Notes: generated by a model from the sequence alone, not told the origin. Shown: positions 20,105 to 30,736, counted from the first letter of the stretch. The stretch: 64,000 nt of DNA from Flavobacteriales bacterium (GCA_049890295.1 JBMHBP010000018.1:1911-65910), one strand, 5' to 3'. Program-made: numbers and translations.

Positions 20105-20824
20105 ATGCTAGAAAACATTCCTATTCATAAAATTCTTTTCCTTGATATAGAAACTGTGCCTATTTCTCAAAATTTTTATGATTTGTCCAAAGAATACCAA
20201 ACCCTTTGGTCGGAGAAGACGCGTTGGCAACGCAGTGAACATCAAAGTGCAGAAGAATTCTATAGCTTAAAATCAGGAATAATGGCTGAGTTTGCTAAAG
20301 TTATTTGTATTTCAGCAGGTTATCTTTACGAGAAAGAGGGACAGCCCTTTTTTAGAATCAAATCTTTTTACGGGGACGATGAACAACAACTTCTGTCTGA
20401 CTTTAAAAACTTGTTGGACAGTAAATTTAATACAACTAGACATTATTTATGTGCTCACAATGGAAAAGAGTTCGATTACCCTTTTTTATGTCGGAGAATG
20501 TTAATCAATGGTATTGGATTACCTAAAATTTTAGATATTTCAGGCAAGAAACCGTGGCAAGTTCGTCATTTTGACACCATGGAAATGTGGAAGTTTGGAG
20601 ACTATAAACATTTTACTTCATTAAAACTATTAGCTGCCACCTTTAAAATTCCAACACCAAAAGATGATATTGACGGCAGTCAAGTTGCAAAAGTATATTG
20701 GCAAGATAAAGATCTAGAGCGGATTAAAAACTATTGCCAAAAAGACACCTTAACAGTTGCTCAACTCTTTCTTAAATACCAAAACAAAGCTATTTTAGAG
20801 GATAAGCAAATAGAAGTTGTATAA
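20105..20824 (+). CDS. 3'-5' exonuclease, PolB-exonuclease-like (RNase H fold)
   Basis: ExoI LFLDIET, later HNGKEFDYPF and a C-terminal YCQKDT-type motif, as in the predicted 3'-5' exonuclease family related to PolB exo domains. Confidence 0.65.
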   Translation: MLENIPIHKILFLDIETVPISQNFYDLSKEYQTLWSEKTRWQRSEHQSAEEFYSLKSGIMAEFAKVICISAGYLYEKEGQPFFRIKSFYGDDEQQLLSDFKNLLDSKFNTTRHYLCAHNGKEFDYPFLCRRMLINGIGLPKILDISGKKPWQVRHFDTMEMWKFGDYKHFTSLKLLAATFKIPTPKDDIDGSQVAKVYWQDKDLERIKNYCQKDTLTVAQLFLKYQNKAILEDKQIEVV

Positions 20825-20867
20825 TTAAACATTAACCATTAAATTGAACCCATCATATTTATAAATC

Positions 20868-22637
20868 ATGAGTAAAACCTTATTAGAATTCAAAAACCTA
20901 GTTACCGAATTCCATACCGAAGGAAATGTGGTGACAGCAGTTAATAATATTAGTTTTACATTAAACAAGGGTGAAACTATTGGTATTGTTGGTGAATCAG
21001 GTTCCGGAAAATCAGTGACTTCATTATCAGCGATGCGTTTAATCCCAAGCCCTCCCGGTAAAATTGCAGGTGGAGAAATCATTTTCCATAAAGATGATCA
21101 AAAGATAGATTTACTTCAATTGTCTGAGAAAGAGATGAGAGGCTTTAGAGGCAATGATATCGCCATGATTTTTCAAGAACCTATGACTTCCTTAAATCCT
21201 GTTTTCACTTGCGGTGACCAAGTAATGGAGGCTATTATGCTACATCAAAAAATAAGCAAATCGCAAGCAAAAGACTTAACTATTAAATTATTTGAGGAAG
21301 TTCAATTACCCGACCCACAACGTATTTTTGACACCTATCCACATCAAATTTCAGGCGGTCAAAAACAACGTGTAATGATAGCCATGGCTATGTCTTGTCA
21401 GCCTTCAGTACTAGTAGCTGATGAGCCTACAACAGCGTTAGATGTAACGGTTCAAAAAACTATTTTGGAGTTGATGCAAAAGCTTCAAAAAGAACACGAC
21501 ATGGGGATATTATTTATTACTCATGACTTAGGCGTTATTGCCGAACTAGCAGATAAAGTAGTGGTAATGTACAAAGGCAGTATTGTAGAACAAGGTACAG
21601 TTTGGGACATCTTTAACAATCCACAACACCCTTATACTAAGGGCTTATTAGCTTGTCGACCACCATTAGATAAACGCTATACGTTTTTACCTACAGTTAG
21701 TGACTTTATGAAAACGAATGATAAAGGTGAAAGTGTGGCAAATAATATTTCAGTCGAAGAATTTACTAAAGATCTAGTAATAAGTAAAAATCAACGTGAT
21801 AAAGCCCAAAAAGAATTGTTCAGTCAACAACCTATTCTAGAAATTAAAAATTTAAAAACATATTTTCCCATAAGAAATGGTTTTTTTGGTGGCATAACTA
21901 ATTATGTAAAAGCCGTTGATGATGTCAGTTTTGACGTCTATCCAGGAGAAACATTAGGCTTAGTAGGAGAGTCGGGTTGTGGAAAAACCACTACTGGTAG
22001 AACAATTCTGAGGTTAAATGAGCCTACCGAAGGCCATATGATTTATAAGGGGCGAGATATTGCTTCCTTTGATGAGAAAGAATTAAGAGCGTTTAGAAAA
22101 GAAGTACAAATAATCTTCCAAGATCCTTATTCTTCATTAAACCCTAGAATGACCATTGGTAATGCTATAATGGAGCCTATGAAAGTACATGGGATTTTAG
22201 CTAACGATGAAGAACGTAAAAAACGGGTTGAAGAATTATTAGATAAAGTTAGTTTAGGAGCCGAACATTTTAATCGTTACCCACACGAGTTTTCTGGTGG
22301 TCAAAGGCAACGAATAGGTATAGCTAGAGCCTTAGCCGTAAATCCAAAATTTATTATTTGTGATGAATCCGTATCAGCTTTAGATGTTTCTGTACAAGCA
22401 CAAGTACTTAACTTGTTAAATGACCTAAAACAGGAATTTGGCTTAACTTATATTTTCATATCTCATGATCTTTCAGTTGTTAAATACATGAGCGACCGTA
22501 TGGTCGTTATGCAAAACGGAAAAATTGAAGAAATGGGTGATGCTGATCAAATATACTCTGAAGCTAAAACGCCATATACTCAACGTTTAATAGCGGCTAT
22601 TCCAGAAGGGAGAAAGGAAAATATTAAAAAAGTATAA
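20868..22637 (+). CDS. ABC transporter ATP-binding protein, duplicated Dpp/Opp-type ATPase
   Basis: Two Walker A sites ([16 protein letters not shown]) and two signature motifs ([16 protein letters not shown]). No permease or binding-protein gene is adjacent. Confidence 0.9.
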   Translation: MSKTLLEFKNLVTEFHTEGNVVTAVNNISFTLNKGETIGIVGESGSGKSVTSLSAMRLIPSPPGKIAGGEIIFHKDDQKIDLLQLSEKEMRGFRGNDIAMIFQEPMTSLNPVFTCGDQVMEAIMLHQKISKSQAKDLTIKLFEEVQLPDPQRIFDTYPHQISGGQKQRVMIAMAMSCQPSVLVADEPTTALDVTVQKTILELMQKLQKEHDMGILFITHDLGVIAELADKVVVMYKGSIVEQGTVWDIFNNPQHPYTKGLLACRPPLDKRYTFLPTVSDFMKTNDKGESVANNISVEEFTKDLVISKNQRDKAQKELFSQQPILEIKNLKTYFPIRNGFFGGITNYVKAVDDVSFDVYPGETLGLVGESGCGKTTTGRTILRLNEPTEGHMIYKGRDIASFDEKELRAFRKEVQIIFQDPYSSLNPRMTIGNAIMEPMKVHGILANDEERKKRVEELLDKVSLGAEHFNRYPHEFSGGQRQRIGIARALAVNPKFIICDESVSALDVSVQAQVLNLLNDLKQEFGLTYIFISHDLSVVKYMSDRMVVMQNGKIEEMGDADQIYSEAKTPYTQRLIAAIPEGRKENIKKV

Positions 22638-22759
22638 CTTTCAGCCTAATTTTTCTACCCTAAATCTAATTCATCGGTTCAAAATCGCTGTTTATCTAAT
22701 AATTTTATTATCCATCAAGTTTTACTTTTTTAACGCTTTGGCTTGTTGTACTTTTACAA

Positions 22760-22848
22760 CACTTAAAGCCAGAGAATCTTACACTTCATAAATGAACTTG
22801 TTAAGGTTAAGTGTGTCGCCGGTGTTAATACACTGGCGACTTTTTTTT
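22760..22848 (+). ncRNA. Candidate small RNA, copy 1 (conserved 3' block ending in an intrinsic terminator)
   Basis: Helix ACACTT(22781-86)/AAGTGT(22809-14), then GTCGCCGGTGT-TAAT-ACACTGGCGAC (22815-22840) plus T8. -7-like box TACTTTTA at 22749-22756. 5' end is not determined. Confidence 0.4.
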
Positions 22849-22960
22849 ATGTTAAATTCTATTTTTATTGTTCATCGGCATAAATCAATATTTCTTCTAA
22901 AAATTTTATTGCTCGTCGAAAAATACTTTTTTGTAGCCCAATCACGTTATATCTTTACAT

Positions 22961-23047
22961 CACTTAAAGTAAGAGAATCTTACGCTTCATAAATGAACTT
23001 GTTAAGGTTAAGTGGGTCGCCAGTGTTAATACGCTGGCGACTTTTTT
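22961..23047 (+). ncRNA. Candidate small RNA, copy 2
   Basis: Same block with 6 substitutions by hand alignment. Terminator GTCGCCAGTGT-TAAT-ACGCTGGCGAC (23016-23041) plus T6. -7-like box TATCTTTA at 22950-22957. Confidence 0.4.
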
Positions 23048-23702
23048 ATATTTTCATTTCAGGAATATCACCTTCTATAATAAGGTTACCTTCAGTAGCA
23101 GACTTAATTGTATCAGTACTTACCCCTGGCGCTCGCTCTAAAAGCTTAAATCCACCCTCTGTTATTTCTATTACAGCTAAATTTGTAACTACTTTTTTTA
23201 CACAGTTAACACCTGTTAATGGTAAACTACATGATTTCAATAATTTACTTTGACCAGCTTTATTGGTGTGCATCATAGCTACAATAATATTATCAGCCGA
23301 TGCTACTAAGTCCATAGCCCCCCCCATACCTTTCACCATCTTGCCTGGAATTTTCCAATTGGCGATATCTCCCTTTTCAGACACCTCCATGGCACCTAAA
23401 ACGGTTAGTTGAACATGTTTGCCTCTAATCATAGCAAAACTAGTAGAGGAGTCAAAAAACACCGCCCCATCTAAAGTTGTTATAGTTTGTTTTCCAGCAT
23501 TTATTAGATCAGCATCCTCTTTTCCCTCATAAGGAAAAGGACCCATACCTAAAACGCCGTTTTCAGATTGAAACTCTACATTTATACCTTCAGGGATGTG
23601 GTTTGCTACAAGGGTTGGAATTCCAATCCCTAAGTTTATATAATAGCCATCCTTCAGTTCTTTGGCAATACGCTTTGCTATTCCTATTTTATCTAATGAC
23701 AT
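23046..23702 (-). CDS. scoB: 3-oxoacid CoA-transferase subunit B
   Basis: Family motifs SENG (QSENGVLGMGP) and GGAMDL; ~218 aa, directly downstream of subunit A. Confidence 0.92.
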   Translation of the reverse strand: MSLDKIGIAKRIAKELKDGYYINLGIGIPTLVANHIPEGINVEFQSENGVLGMGPFPYEGKEDADLINAGKQTITTLDGAVFFDSSTSFAMIRGKHVQLTVLGAMEVSEKGDIANWKIPGKMVKGMGGAMDLVASADNIIVAMMHTNKAGQSKLLKSCSLPLTGVNCVKKVVTNLAVIEITEGGFKLLERAPGVSTDTIKSATEGNLIIEGDIPEMKI

Positions 23703-23703
23703 A

Positions 23704-24402
23704 TTATTTTTTCCTGACAGTTAATTGTTCTATTCGCTTTTCGTAGTTTTTACCTTCAAAAATTCGTTGTATGAAGATACCTGGCGTATGAATTTGAGCT
23801 GGATCCAATTCACCTGCTGGCACCAACTCCTCAACTTCAGCAACAGTTATTTTTCCAGCCATTGCCATCATTGGGTTAAAATTACGGGCGGTACCTTTGT
23901 ATATTAAGTTCCCGGCTGTATCACCTCTCCATGCTTTAACAAATGCAAAATCGGCCACTAAAGCACGTTCTAATATGTGTGGTTGTCCATTAAACTCTCT
24001 AACTTCTTTACCTTCTGCTATTTCAGTCCCATATCCAGCAGGTGTAAAAAAGGCGGGAATTCCAGCACCACCAGCTCTACACCTTTCTGCTAATGAGCCC
24101 TGTGGGATTAAATCTACTTCTAATTCACCACTTAACATTTGTCGTTCGAATTCAGCATTTTCACCAACGTAAGAAGATATCATTTTTTTGATTTGCCTTT
24201 TTTGCAGCAATAGCCCTAAGCCAAAATCGTCAACACCAGCATTATTTGAAATACAGGTAAGACCTTTAATATTAGATTTTACAAGGGCAGCGATACTATT
24301 TTCTGGAATACCACATAAACCAAAGCCACCTAACATAAAAGTCATGTTATCTTCAACTCCACTTATTGCTTCCTCAATTGAATGTACTTTTTTGTTTATC
24401 AT
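23704..24402 (-). CDS. scoA: 3-oxoacid CoA-transferase subunit A
   Basis: [10 protein letters not shown] motif and ~232 aa length typical of subunit A. Confidence 0.92.
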   Translation of the reverse strand: MINKKVHSIEEAISGVEDNMTFMLGGFGLCGIPENSIAALVKSNIKGLTCISNNAGVDDFGLGLLLQKRQIKKMISSYVGENAEFERQMLSGELEVDLIPQGSLAERCRAGGAGIPAFFTPAGYGTEIAEGKEVREFNGQPHILERALVADFAFVKAWRGDTAGNLIYKGTARNFNPMMAMAGKITVAEVEELVPAGELDPAQIHTPGIFIQRIFEGKNYEKRIEQLTVRKK

Positions 24403-24408
24403 AATGTT

Positions 24409-26670
24409 TTAAAATTCTTCTTCGTAGTCAATTGTACCATTATCTTGTGACCCACAATCGGACACTAAATCTATTGACAAAGGCACGTCAAAATTTTCAG
24501 GAAAAATCCCTAATTCCGTTGAGTCAGCATAAACACTTGACATGTATTCAGCCCAAACAGGAAGCGCCATGTTTGCTCCTTGACCATAAAATGTAGTTCT
24601 AAAATGCACACTTCTATCCTCATTTCCTGACCAGACGCCAGTCACTAAATTGGGCGTAATACCCATAAACCAGCCATCTGAATTGTTTTGTGTTGTTCCT
24701 GTTTTACCACCTATCTCATTCTCAAACTTATACTTTCTTCTCAATCGAACACCTGTACCCATTGTTACATCTTCTTCTGGATTATATACTCCATCAACCA
24801 CACCTTGTAACATTCTAACCATTAAATCGGCAGTTTTTTCACTCATAGCCTCGTTGGTTTTTGGACTAAATTCTTGTAATAAAATACCATTTTTATCTTC
24901 TATCCTTTGAACAATTATTGGTTCAGTCCAAATTCCTTTATTTACAAAAGTACTGTATGCCCCAACCATTTCATACACAGAAAGATCAAATGTCCCCAAA
25001 CAGATGGAGGGAACGGGGTCTAACCGACTACTTATTCCCATTTTTTTAGCTAAATCTAAAACAGAGTGTGGACCAAACTGTTTCATAATATAAGCAGTTA
25101 TAGTATTTATTGAATTAGCAAGTCCAAACTTTAGTGTCATGATTGTTCCTTGGTACTTATCATCGGAGTTCTTGGGTACCCAGTCTTTTTCTGGAAGGCC
25201 CCAAATATTTTTTTCAAATACAACGGGTACATTTGGTACTTCATAACACGGAGAATAGCCTTCTTGTAAGGCTAAAGCATATAAGAATGGTTTAAAAGTT
25301 GAACCGACTTGTCGTTTGCCAATTTTAACATGATCGTACTTAAAATGTTTATAGTTTATTCCACCAACATAAGCTTTAACATGACCCGTATTTGGGTCCA
25401 TACTCATGAGGCCAGAGTGAATAAAGTATTTATAGTATTTAATTGAATCCATGGGGCTCATTAACGTATCAATTTCACCTTGCCATGAAAATACTCTCAT
25501 TGGGACTTTTTTACGAAACACTTCTTTTATTTCTTTAATAGAAGAGCCAGATGATTTTAGCTTTCTATAACGTTCTGAGCGTTTCATTCCTTGGTTTAAG
25601 ATCTCACGAATTTGTTCATTAGTAAAATCCTTAGGAAATGGAGCATTAGTATAACCTTTCCAATGTTTAAAAAAGTCTTCTTGTAAGACTGATAGGTGTG
25701 AGTAAACAGCGGTTTCTGCATGAAGCTGCATTTTAGAGTTTATGGTAGTATAGATTTTAAGCCCATCAGTATACAGATTATAATTACCTCCATCTGCTTT
25801 AAAATTTTGATCACACCACTGTTTTAGTTCTCCTCTAAGATATTCTCTTAAGTAGGGCGCTAACCCTTCATTATGACTTGCTTTTTTAAAGTCTAATAGT
25901 ATAGGTAAAGACTGCAGCGAATCGCATTCTGTATCAGAAATAAAATTATACTTTTTCATTTGAGCAAGCACAACATTTCTTCTTGTCTTGGTCTTTTCAA
26001 CTCTTCGATTTGGATTGTATAATGATGGGTTTTTGAGCATACCCACAAGCATAGCTGATTCTTGTAAGTTTAGTTTTGATGGAGTAGTATTGAAGTAAAC
26101 TTGAGCTGCCGATTTTATACCGACAGCGTTGTTGATAAAATCAAATTTATTTAGATACATTGTTAAGATTTCATCTTTAGTATATTGTCTTTCCAGTCTA
26201 ACGGCAATTATCCATTCTTTTAATTTTTGCATAACACGTTCAACCCCTGAAGCCGGTTTTTTGGTAAACAACATTTTTGCCAATTGTTGAGTAATGGTAC
26301 TTGCCCCACCTGAATTATCGCCCAATAATTGTCCTTTTACAGCCCTAAGTAATGCTCTAACATCAATTCCTGAATGATTGTAAAACCTAACATCTTCTGT
26401 TGCTACTAATGCGTCTACTAAAATTGGTGAAATTTCTTCATAAGTTACGTTTGAACGGTTTTCAAAAAAGTATTTTCCTAAGACCACTCCATCGGAAGAA
26501 ATAATTTCAGTAGCTAAGTTATTTTTTGGGCTTTCTAACTCCTCAAAAGTAGGTAGTTCTCCAAAAAAACCAATTGATGTTAGGTATAGAATAGTAAACA
26601 ATAAAATGAAAGGGCTCAGTACAACTAACCAAATAGAAAAGACCTTTTGTTTTGTGTCAGTAATTTGCAT
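24409..26670 (-). CDS. mrcA: Penicillin-binding protein 1A (bifunctional glycosyltransferase/transpeptidase)
   Basis: GT51 motifs (EDVRFYNHSGID, GASTITQQLAK, RKxxE-like KLKEW) and transpeptidase motifs STFKP, SxN (ANSIN) and KTGTT. Confidence 0.92.
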   Translation of the reverse strand: MQITDTKQKVFSIWLVVLSPFILLFTILYLTSIGFFGELPTFEELESPKNNLATEIISSDGVVLGKYFFENRSNVTYEEISPILVDALVATEDVRFYNHSGIDVRALLRAVKGQLLGDNSGGASTITQQLAKMLFTKKPASGVERVMQKLKEWIIAVRLERQYTKDEILTMYLNKFDFINNAVGIKSAAQVYFNTTPSKLNLQESAMLVGMLKNPSLYNPNRRVEKTKTRRNVVLAQMKKYNFISDTECDSLQSLPILLDFKKASHNEGLAPYLREYLRGELKQWCDQNFKADGGNYNLYTDGLKIYTTINSKMQLHAETAVYSHLSVLQEDFFKHWKGYTNAPFPKDFTNEQIREILNQGMKRSERYRKLKSSGSSIKEIKEVFRKKVPMRVFSWQGEIDTLMSPMDSIKYYKYFIHSGLMSMDPNTGHVKAYVGGINYKHFKYDHVKIGKRQVGSTFKPFLYALALQEGYSPCYEVPNVPVVFEKNIWGLPEKDWVPKNSDDKYQGTIMTLKFGLANSINTITAYIMKQFGPHSVLDLAKKMGISSRLDPVPSICLGTFDLSVYEMVGAYSTFVNKGIWTEPIIVQRIEDKNGILLQEFSPKTNEAMSEKTADLMVRMLQGVVDGVYNPEEDVTMGTGVRLRRKYKFENEIGGKTGTTQNNSDGWFMGITPNLVTGVWSGNEDRSVHFRTTFYGQGANMALPVWAEYMSSVYADSTELGIFPENFDVPLSIDLVSDCGSQDNGTIDYEEEF

Positions 26671-27147
26671 TTATTCACTTTTTTGGATTCTAAAACCTAC
26701 ACTCATTATGCCGAATAACTTTTCAATTTTTGCCAAGTCACCGTAACGCATTGCTTGTTCAATCTCCACACGATAGGTGCCTATTTGATCAAAGGTTTCG
26801 GTTTTAAAATCACTTTTTAAATCCCAAATATCTCCAAGGCCACTACCTTTCCATCGACCATCTTTTTCAGCTAAAATACATTCGAGAGTATCTGTTAGTA
26901 TGTTTCCGTCTGGCTGATGTGTGTGTATAAACAACCACAAGTTTGAATAGGCGTAATCACTGGAATGACGAATATTTATTTTTAAAACTTGTTCAGAAAT
27001 CGTGTCCTGATTATTAAATTCAAATGATGGAACCGTATCGATACTCCACAAATTATTTTTAATGGTAATATTTTTTTCGTAAATCCTATTAGAGTCACAC
27101 GAACTAAGTATACATGTTATGCTCAATATGAAAACTACGTACCTCAT
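26671..27147 (-). CDS. gldH: Gliding motility lipoprotein GldH
   Basis: ~158 aa lipoprotein (ILSSCDS) sitting between ricT/PSP1 and PBP1A, as in the Flavobacterium gldH locus. Confidence 0.75.
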   Translation of the reverse strand: MRYVVFILSITCILSSCDSNRIYEKNITIKNNLWSIDTVPSFEFNNQDTISEQVLKINIRHSSDYAYSNLWLFIHTHQPDGNILTDTLECILAEKDGRWKGSGLGDIWDLKSDFKTETFDQIGTYRVEIEQAMRYGDLAKIEKLFGIMSVGFRIQKSE

Positions 27148-28304
27148 TGTTTTTTAGAATTTCTTTTATTAAATCTTCTTTTATTTGGTCGCTTTTTTTT
27201 CTTTTTTCTAGTATCAAATCGATTAATACTATCTTGGCCTACTACATTTTCATAATCGGTATCTCTGACCTCTTCGGTAATAGTAAACTGCTCTAGTTTA
27301 TGAACTAAATTTCCTGATTTATTTTCCTGAATAATCTTTTTAACATCAGCCAATTCTAGTTCTACGATTGAGCCTGCATCTCTATCATCATAGGCGTACC
27401 ACATTTTTCGTTGGAAAATATCCATTTTGACAAATGAGCAACTACCAGCTTTAGTTTTTAATTTTGTTTGAACGCTTGGAAACTCTTTTATGGCATCTAC
27501 ATAACTATCCAACTCAAAGTTCAAGCAACATTTTAGTTTACCACATTGTCCTGCTAGTTTTTGAGGGTTGATGGATAATTGTTGATATCTAGCAGCAGAT
27601 GTGCTAACAGTTCTAAAGTCGGTTAGCCAAGAAGAGCAACACAACTCTCTGCCACAAGCACCAATTCCGCCCAATCTAGCAGACTCTTGTCTGGCCCCTA
27701 TTTGCCTCATTTCAACTCGAATTTGAAACTGAGAGGATAGGTGTTTGATGAGTTCACGAAAATCAACTCTATTATTAGCTGTGTAGTAAAAAGTAGCTTT
27801 TGATTTATCGCCTTGGTATTCGACATCGCTAATTTTCATTTCTAAGCCTAGCTGAATCGCTATCTTTCTGGCACCGTGCATAGTTTTACTTTCTAATGAA
27901 GTAGCCTCTTTCCATTTTTCAATATCGTTTTCTTTGGCTTTTCTGTATATAACTTTTAAGTCTTCTAGTTTAGTGGAATTCAACTTTTTCTTCATCTGGA
28001 GTTTTGTCATTTCTCCAACTATTGAAACCACTCCAATATCATGACCCGACATCGACTCTACCGCTACAACATCACCTACAACCAAGGGCAGCTCGTTTTT
28101 GTTGAAAAAAAAGTCTTTTCTACTACCCTTAAATCTTACCTCTACACCTTTAAAGGTATCTTTAAATGAAGAATGTTGGATATTTGACAACCAGTCAAAA
28201 ACGGATAATTGATTACATCCACCCGTACCACAATTTCCATTGTTTTTACACCCTCTTGGTAGTTCACTACCACACTTTTTTGTAGAACAGCCTTGGCAAC
28301 CCAT
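27144..28304 (-). CDS. ricT: PSP1 domain protein (RicT/YaaT-like) with Cys-rich N-terminus
   Basis: PSP1 core (VEYQGDKSKATFYYTANNRVDFRELIK), CGRELCC and CGKLKCC cysteine motifs, N-terminal MGCQGCSTKKCG...CKNNGNCGTGGC, polybasic C-tail. Confidence 0.8.
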   Translation of the reverse strand: MGCQGCSTKKCGSELPRGCKNNGNCGTGGCNQLSVFDWLSNIQHSSFKDTFKGVEVRFKGSRKDFFFNKNELPLVVGDVVAVESMSGHDIGVVSIVGEMTKLQMKKKLNSTKLEDLKVIYRKAKENDIEKWKEATSLESKTMHGARKIAIQLGLEMKISDVEYQGDKSKATFYYTANNRVDFRELIKHLSSQFQIRVEMRQIGARQESARLGGIGACGRELCCSSWLTDFRTVSTSAARYQQLSINPQKLAGQCGKLKCCLNFELDSYVDAIKEFPSVQTKLKTKAGSCSFVKMDIFQRKMWYAYDDRDAGSIVELELADVKKIIQENKSGNLVHKLEQFTITEEVRDTDYENVVGQDSINRFDTRKKKKKRPNKRRFNKRNSKKQ

Positions 28305-28319
28305 TGATACTATATTTTT

Positions 28320-29459
28320 CTATTGCAAAGTTAAATTTTTAACATGAAGTAAAACGACCAATTTTAATGATAAATCCATGAAAATAAATTTTGTATTTCC
28401 ATTTCTTGAAATATGTTGGTGAGCTAATTCTAACTCTTCGATGATTTCTATCACATTATTTTGATGGATAAAAGGAGAAAAGTTTTTTGTAAAACCGATT
28501 TCTTCATCTCTTAGTTTTTGAATGTCAGAGTCGGCATAGTTTTGAATTAGACTTTCTCTTATCATATGCAAAGCATAATGTATAAACCCTTTTTGTTGTT
28601 CTCTTCCCCATCGGTTTATTAAATCCACCCAATTTGATAATTCAATAACCTTAGCTTTATAGCAAAGCCTCATCCAATTTTGAAATTCATTGGTGTTTTG
28701 GCTCAACTGCTCATTTCCTTTTATTATGCGAATTGCATTTCCAATATTACCTGAGGTTAGACGACTAATATCGTTTGCTTTATTTAACTCAATAGAAAAT
28801 TTATCAACTAAAAACTGACTCAAAGTATTTTCATCACATTTATCAATTATTGTACTTTGAACCCTAGAATTAATAGTGTCTAAAAGTGATTCTGGTGAGG
28901 GCGTAAGTAGAAAAAAAACGGTTTTTTCTGGAGGCTCTTCAATAAGTTTCAGTAGTTTATTTGATGCAGCAGCGAGAAGTTTCTCAGCATGCCAAATAAT
29001 GATGACCCTATAAGAGTTTTCGTATGTTTTCAACACGGTTTTTTTAGATAATTCCTGAGCTTCATTTACGCTTATAAAGCCTTGCTTATTTTCAACCCCA
29101 AGAATTGAGTACCAATCAGTTTCTGAAAGAAATGGGTTTTCTATCACCCCCTTTCTCCATTCTTGAATATAATGATCGCTGATAGGCTTAGTGTTTTTGC
29201 CTGTTGTTACCGGGAAAATAAAATGAGTATCAGGATGAATGAGCTTATCACTTTTGATACATGATGAACACTCTCCACATGAGTCGTTTTCTGTTTTTTG
29301 TTCACAAAATAGATATTGTGTAAAAGCAAGTGATATTGGTAATCCAGCCATTCCGTCTTCACTACAAAACAAATGAGCATGTCCTAAGCGGTTATTGTTA
29401 ACAGCCTGAATGAGTTGGTGTTTTACCCGACTATTTGATGGAATGTCTTGAAATTTCAT
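28320..29459 (-). CDS. holB: DNA polymerase III subunit delta'
   Basis: AAA+ clamp-loader fold with zinc module CGECSSC, LLKLIEEPP box, degenerate Walker A. Confidence 0.8.
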   Translation of the reverse strand: MKFQDIPSNSRVKHQLIQAVNNNRLGHAHLFCSEDGMAGLPISLAFTQYLFCEQKTENDSCGECSSCIKSDKLIHPDTHFIFPVTTGKNTKPISDHYIQEWRKGVIENPFLSETDWYSILGVENKQGFISVNEAQELSKKTVLKTYENSYRVIIIWHAEKLLAAASNKLLKLIEEPPEKTVFFLLTPSPESLLDTINSRVQSTIIDKCDENTLSQFLVDKFSIELNKANDISRLTSGNIGNAIRIIKGNEQLSQNTNEFQNWMRLCYKAKVIELSNWVDLINRWGREQQKGFIHYALHMIRESLIQNYADSDIQKLRDEEIGFTKNFSPFIHQNNVIEIIEELELAHQHISRNGNTKFIFMDLSLKLVVLLHVKNLTLQ

Positions 29460-29545
29460 TAAAAAACGTAGCTTGATTCCAAAGGTAATGAATAAATTCT
29501 TTTACAATACTTCAATAAGATTTACATTTGCCAAAAACCAATTTT

Positions 29546-30736
29546 ATGTCTCAATTAGATTCCTTTTCATTTTCTAAAAAACGTGTTTTAATTCGAGTAG
29601 ATTTCAATGTGCCGCTCGATGCAAATTTTACAATAACCGACGATACTAGAATACGTGCAGCTATTCCTACTGTAAAAACAATAATAGATCAAGGCGGATC
29701 TGTAATTCTTATGTCACACAGAGGAAGACCAAAGGGGTTTGATGATGCTTTATCAATGCGTTATTTAGTAAATCATTTAAGTCATTTACTTTCTACAGAG
29801 GTAAAGTTTATTGATAAATGCATAGGCCAAAAGGTAGAAACATTAAGTCAATCACTTAAGCCTGGCCAGGTGTTACTCATTGAGAATCTTAGGTTTTATT
29901 CTGAGGAAACAAAAGGGGATGTTGCATTTGCAGAATCACTTTCAAAATTAGGAGATATCTATGTAAATGATGCCTTTGGCACAGCACATAGAGCTCACGC
30001 TTCAACAGCTATTATTGCACAGTTTTTTAAAGGTAAAAAATGCTTCGGTCATGTAATGGCTAATGAAATAAAAAACATTACTCGACTTACTAAAGAAGCA
30101 AAACAACCCTTTACGGCCATTATTGGTGGAGCAAAAGTATCTTCCAAAATAGATATCATTCTTCGTTTACTTGATGAGGTAAACAACCTAATTATTGGGG
30201 GTGGAATGACGTTTACTTTTGTAAAAGCAAGCGGAGGAAAGGTTGGTAATTCGCTTGTAGAAAATGATAAACTTGACTTAGCAGAAGAAATAATACAAAA
30301 GGCAAAAGAAAAAGGCGTAAACTTATTTATTCCAGTAGACTCTATTAATGCTGATCAGTTTGATAACGATGCCAATCAGTCTTATTCTTCCGTACGTGAA
30401 ATACCAGATGGTTTTATGGGCTTAGATATTGGTCAAAAGACAGTTGAGCAGTTTAACGATGTAATATGTAATTCGCAAACAGTATTGTGGAATGGCCCAA
30501 TGGGCGTATTTGAGATGGATAATTTTTCAAAAGGTACTGAGGCAGTGGCTAACTCATTGGTTAAAGCTACTGAAAATGGTGCCTACACCCTTGTTGGCGG
30601 TGGTGATTCTGTAGCAGCCATAAATAAATATAATTTATCTCAAAAAGTAAGCTATGTTTCTACAGGGGGAGGTGCTATGCTTGAATTTTTAGAAGGAAAA
30701 GTATTACCCGGCATTGCTGCGATTACGGAAGAGTAA
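29546..30736 (+). CDS. pgk: Phosphoglycerate kinase
   Basis: RVDFNVP, SHRGRPKG and STGGGA motifs. ATG 29546 is preferred over the TTG at 29528. Confidence 0.95.
   Translation: MSQLDSFSFSKKRVLIRVDFNVPLDANFTITDDTRIRAAIPTVKTIIDQGGSVILMSHRGRPKGFDDALSMRYLVNHLSHLLSTEVKFIDKCIGQKVETLSQSLKPGQVLLIENLRFYSEETKGDVAFAESLSKLGDIYVNDAFGTAHRAHASTAIIAQFFKGKKCFGHVMANEIKNITRLTKEAKQPFTAIIGGAKVSSKIDIILRLLDEVNNLIIGGGMTFTFVKASGGKVGNSLVENDKLDLAEEIIQKAKEKGVNLFIPVDSINADQFDNDANQSYSSVREIPDGFMGLDIGQKTVEQFNDVICNSQTVLWNGPMGVFEMDNFSKGTEAVANSLVKATENGAYTLVGGGDSVAAINKYNLSQKVSYVSTGGGAMLEFLEGKVLPGIAAITEE

Larger units (their letters stand above)
22650..23047 (+). repeat. Tandem direct duplication, two ~201-bp units
   Basis: TCATCGG at 22671/22872, TAnnTTTA at 22749/22950 and CACTTAAAG at 22760/22961 all keep a 201-bp register. 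The 5' halves are diverged; the 3' ~88 nt are near identical. Confidence 0.85.

Noticed and set aside
22792-23253. ORF-track proteins 22792-22992 and 22993-23253, both starting MNLLRLS...
   Set aside because: Their shared N-termini simply reflect the tandem DNA repeat. Both frames read straight through GC-rich terminator hairpins and T-runs, and the second runs antisense into scoB. They are interpreted as RNA or terminator sequence, not protein.
23318-23325. C8/G8 homopolymer in scoB as a phase-variation tract
   Set aside because: scoB is a core metabolic gene with no rationale for on/off switching. I use it instead as a control that weakens the neuC poly-G hypothesis.
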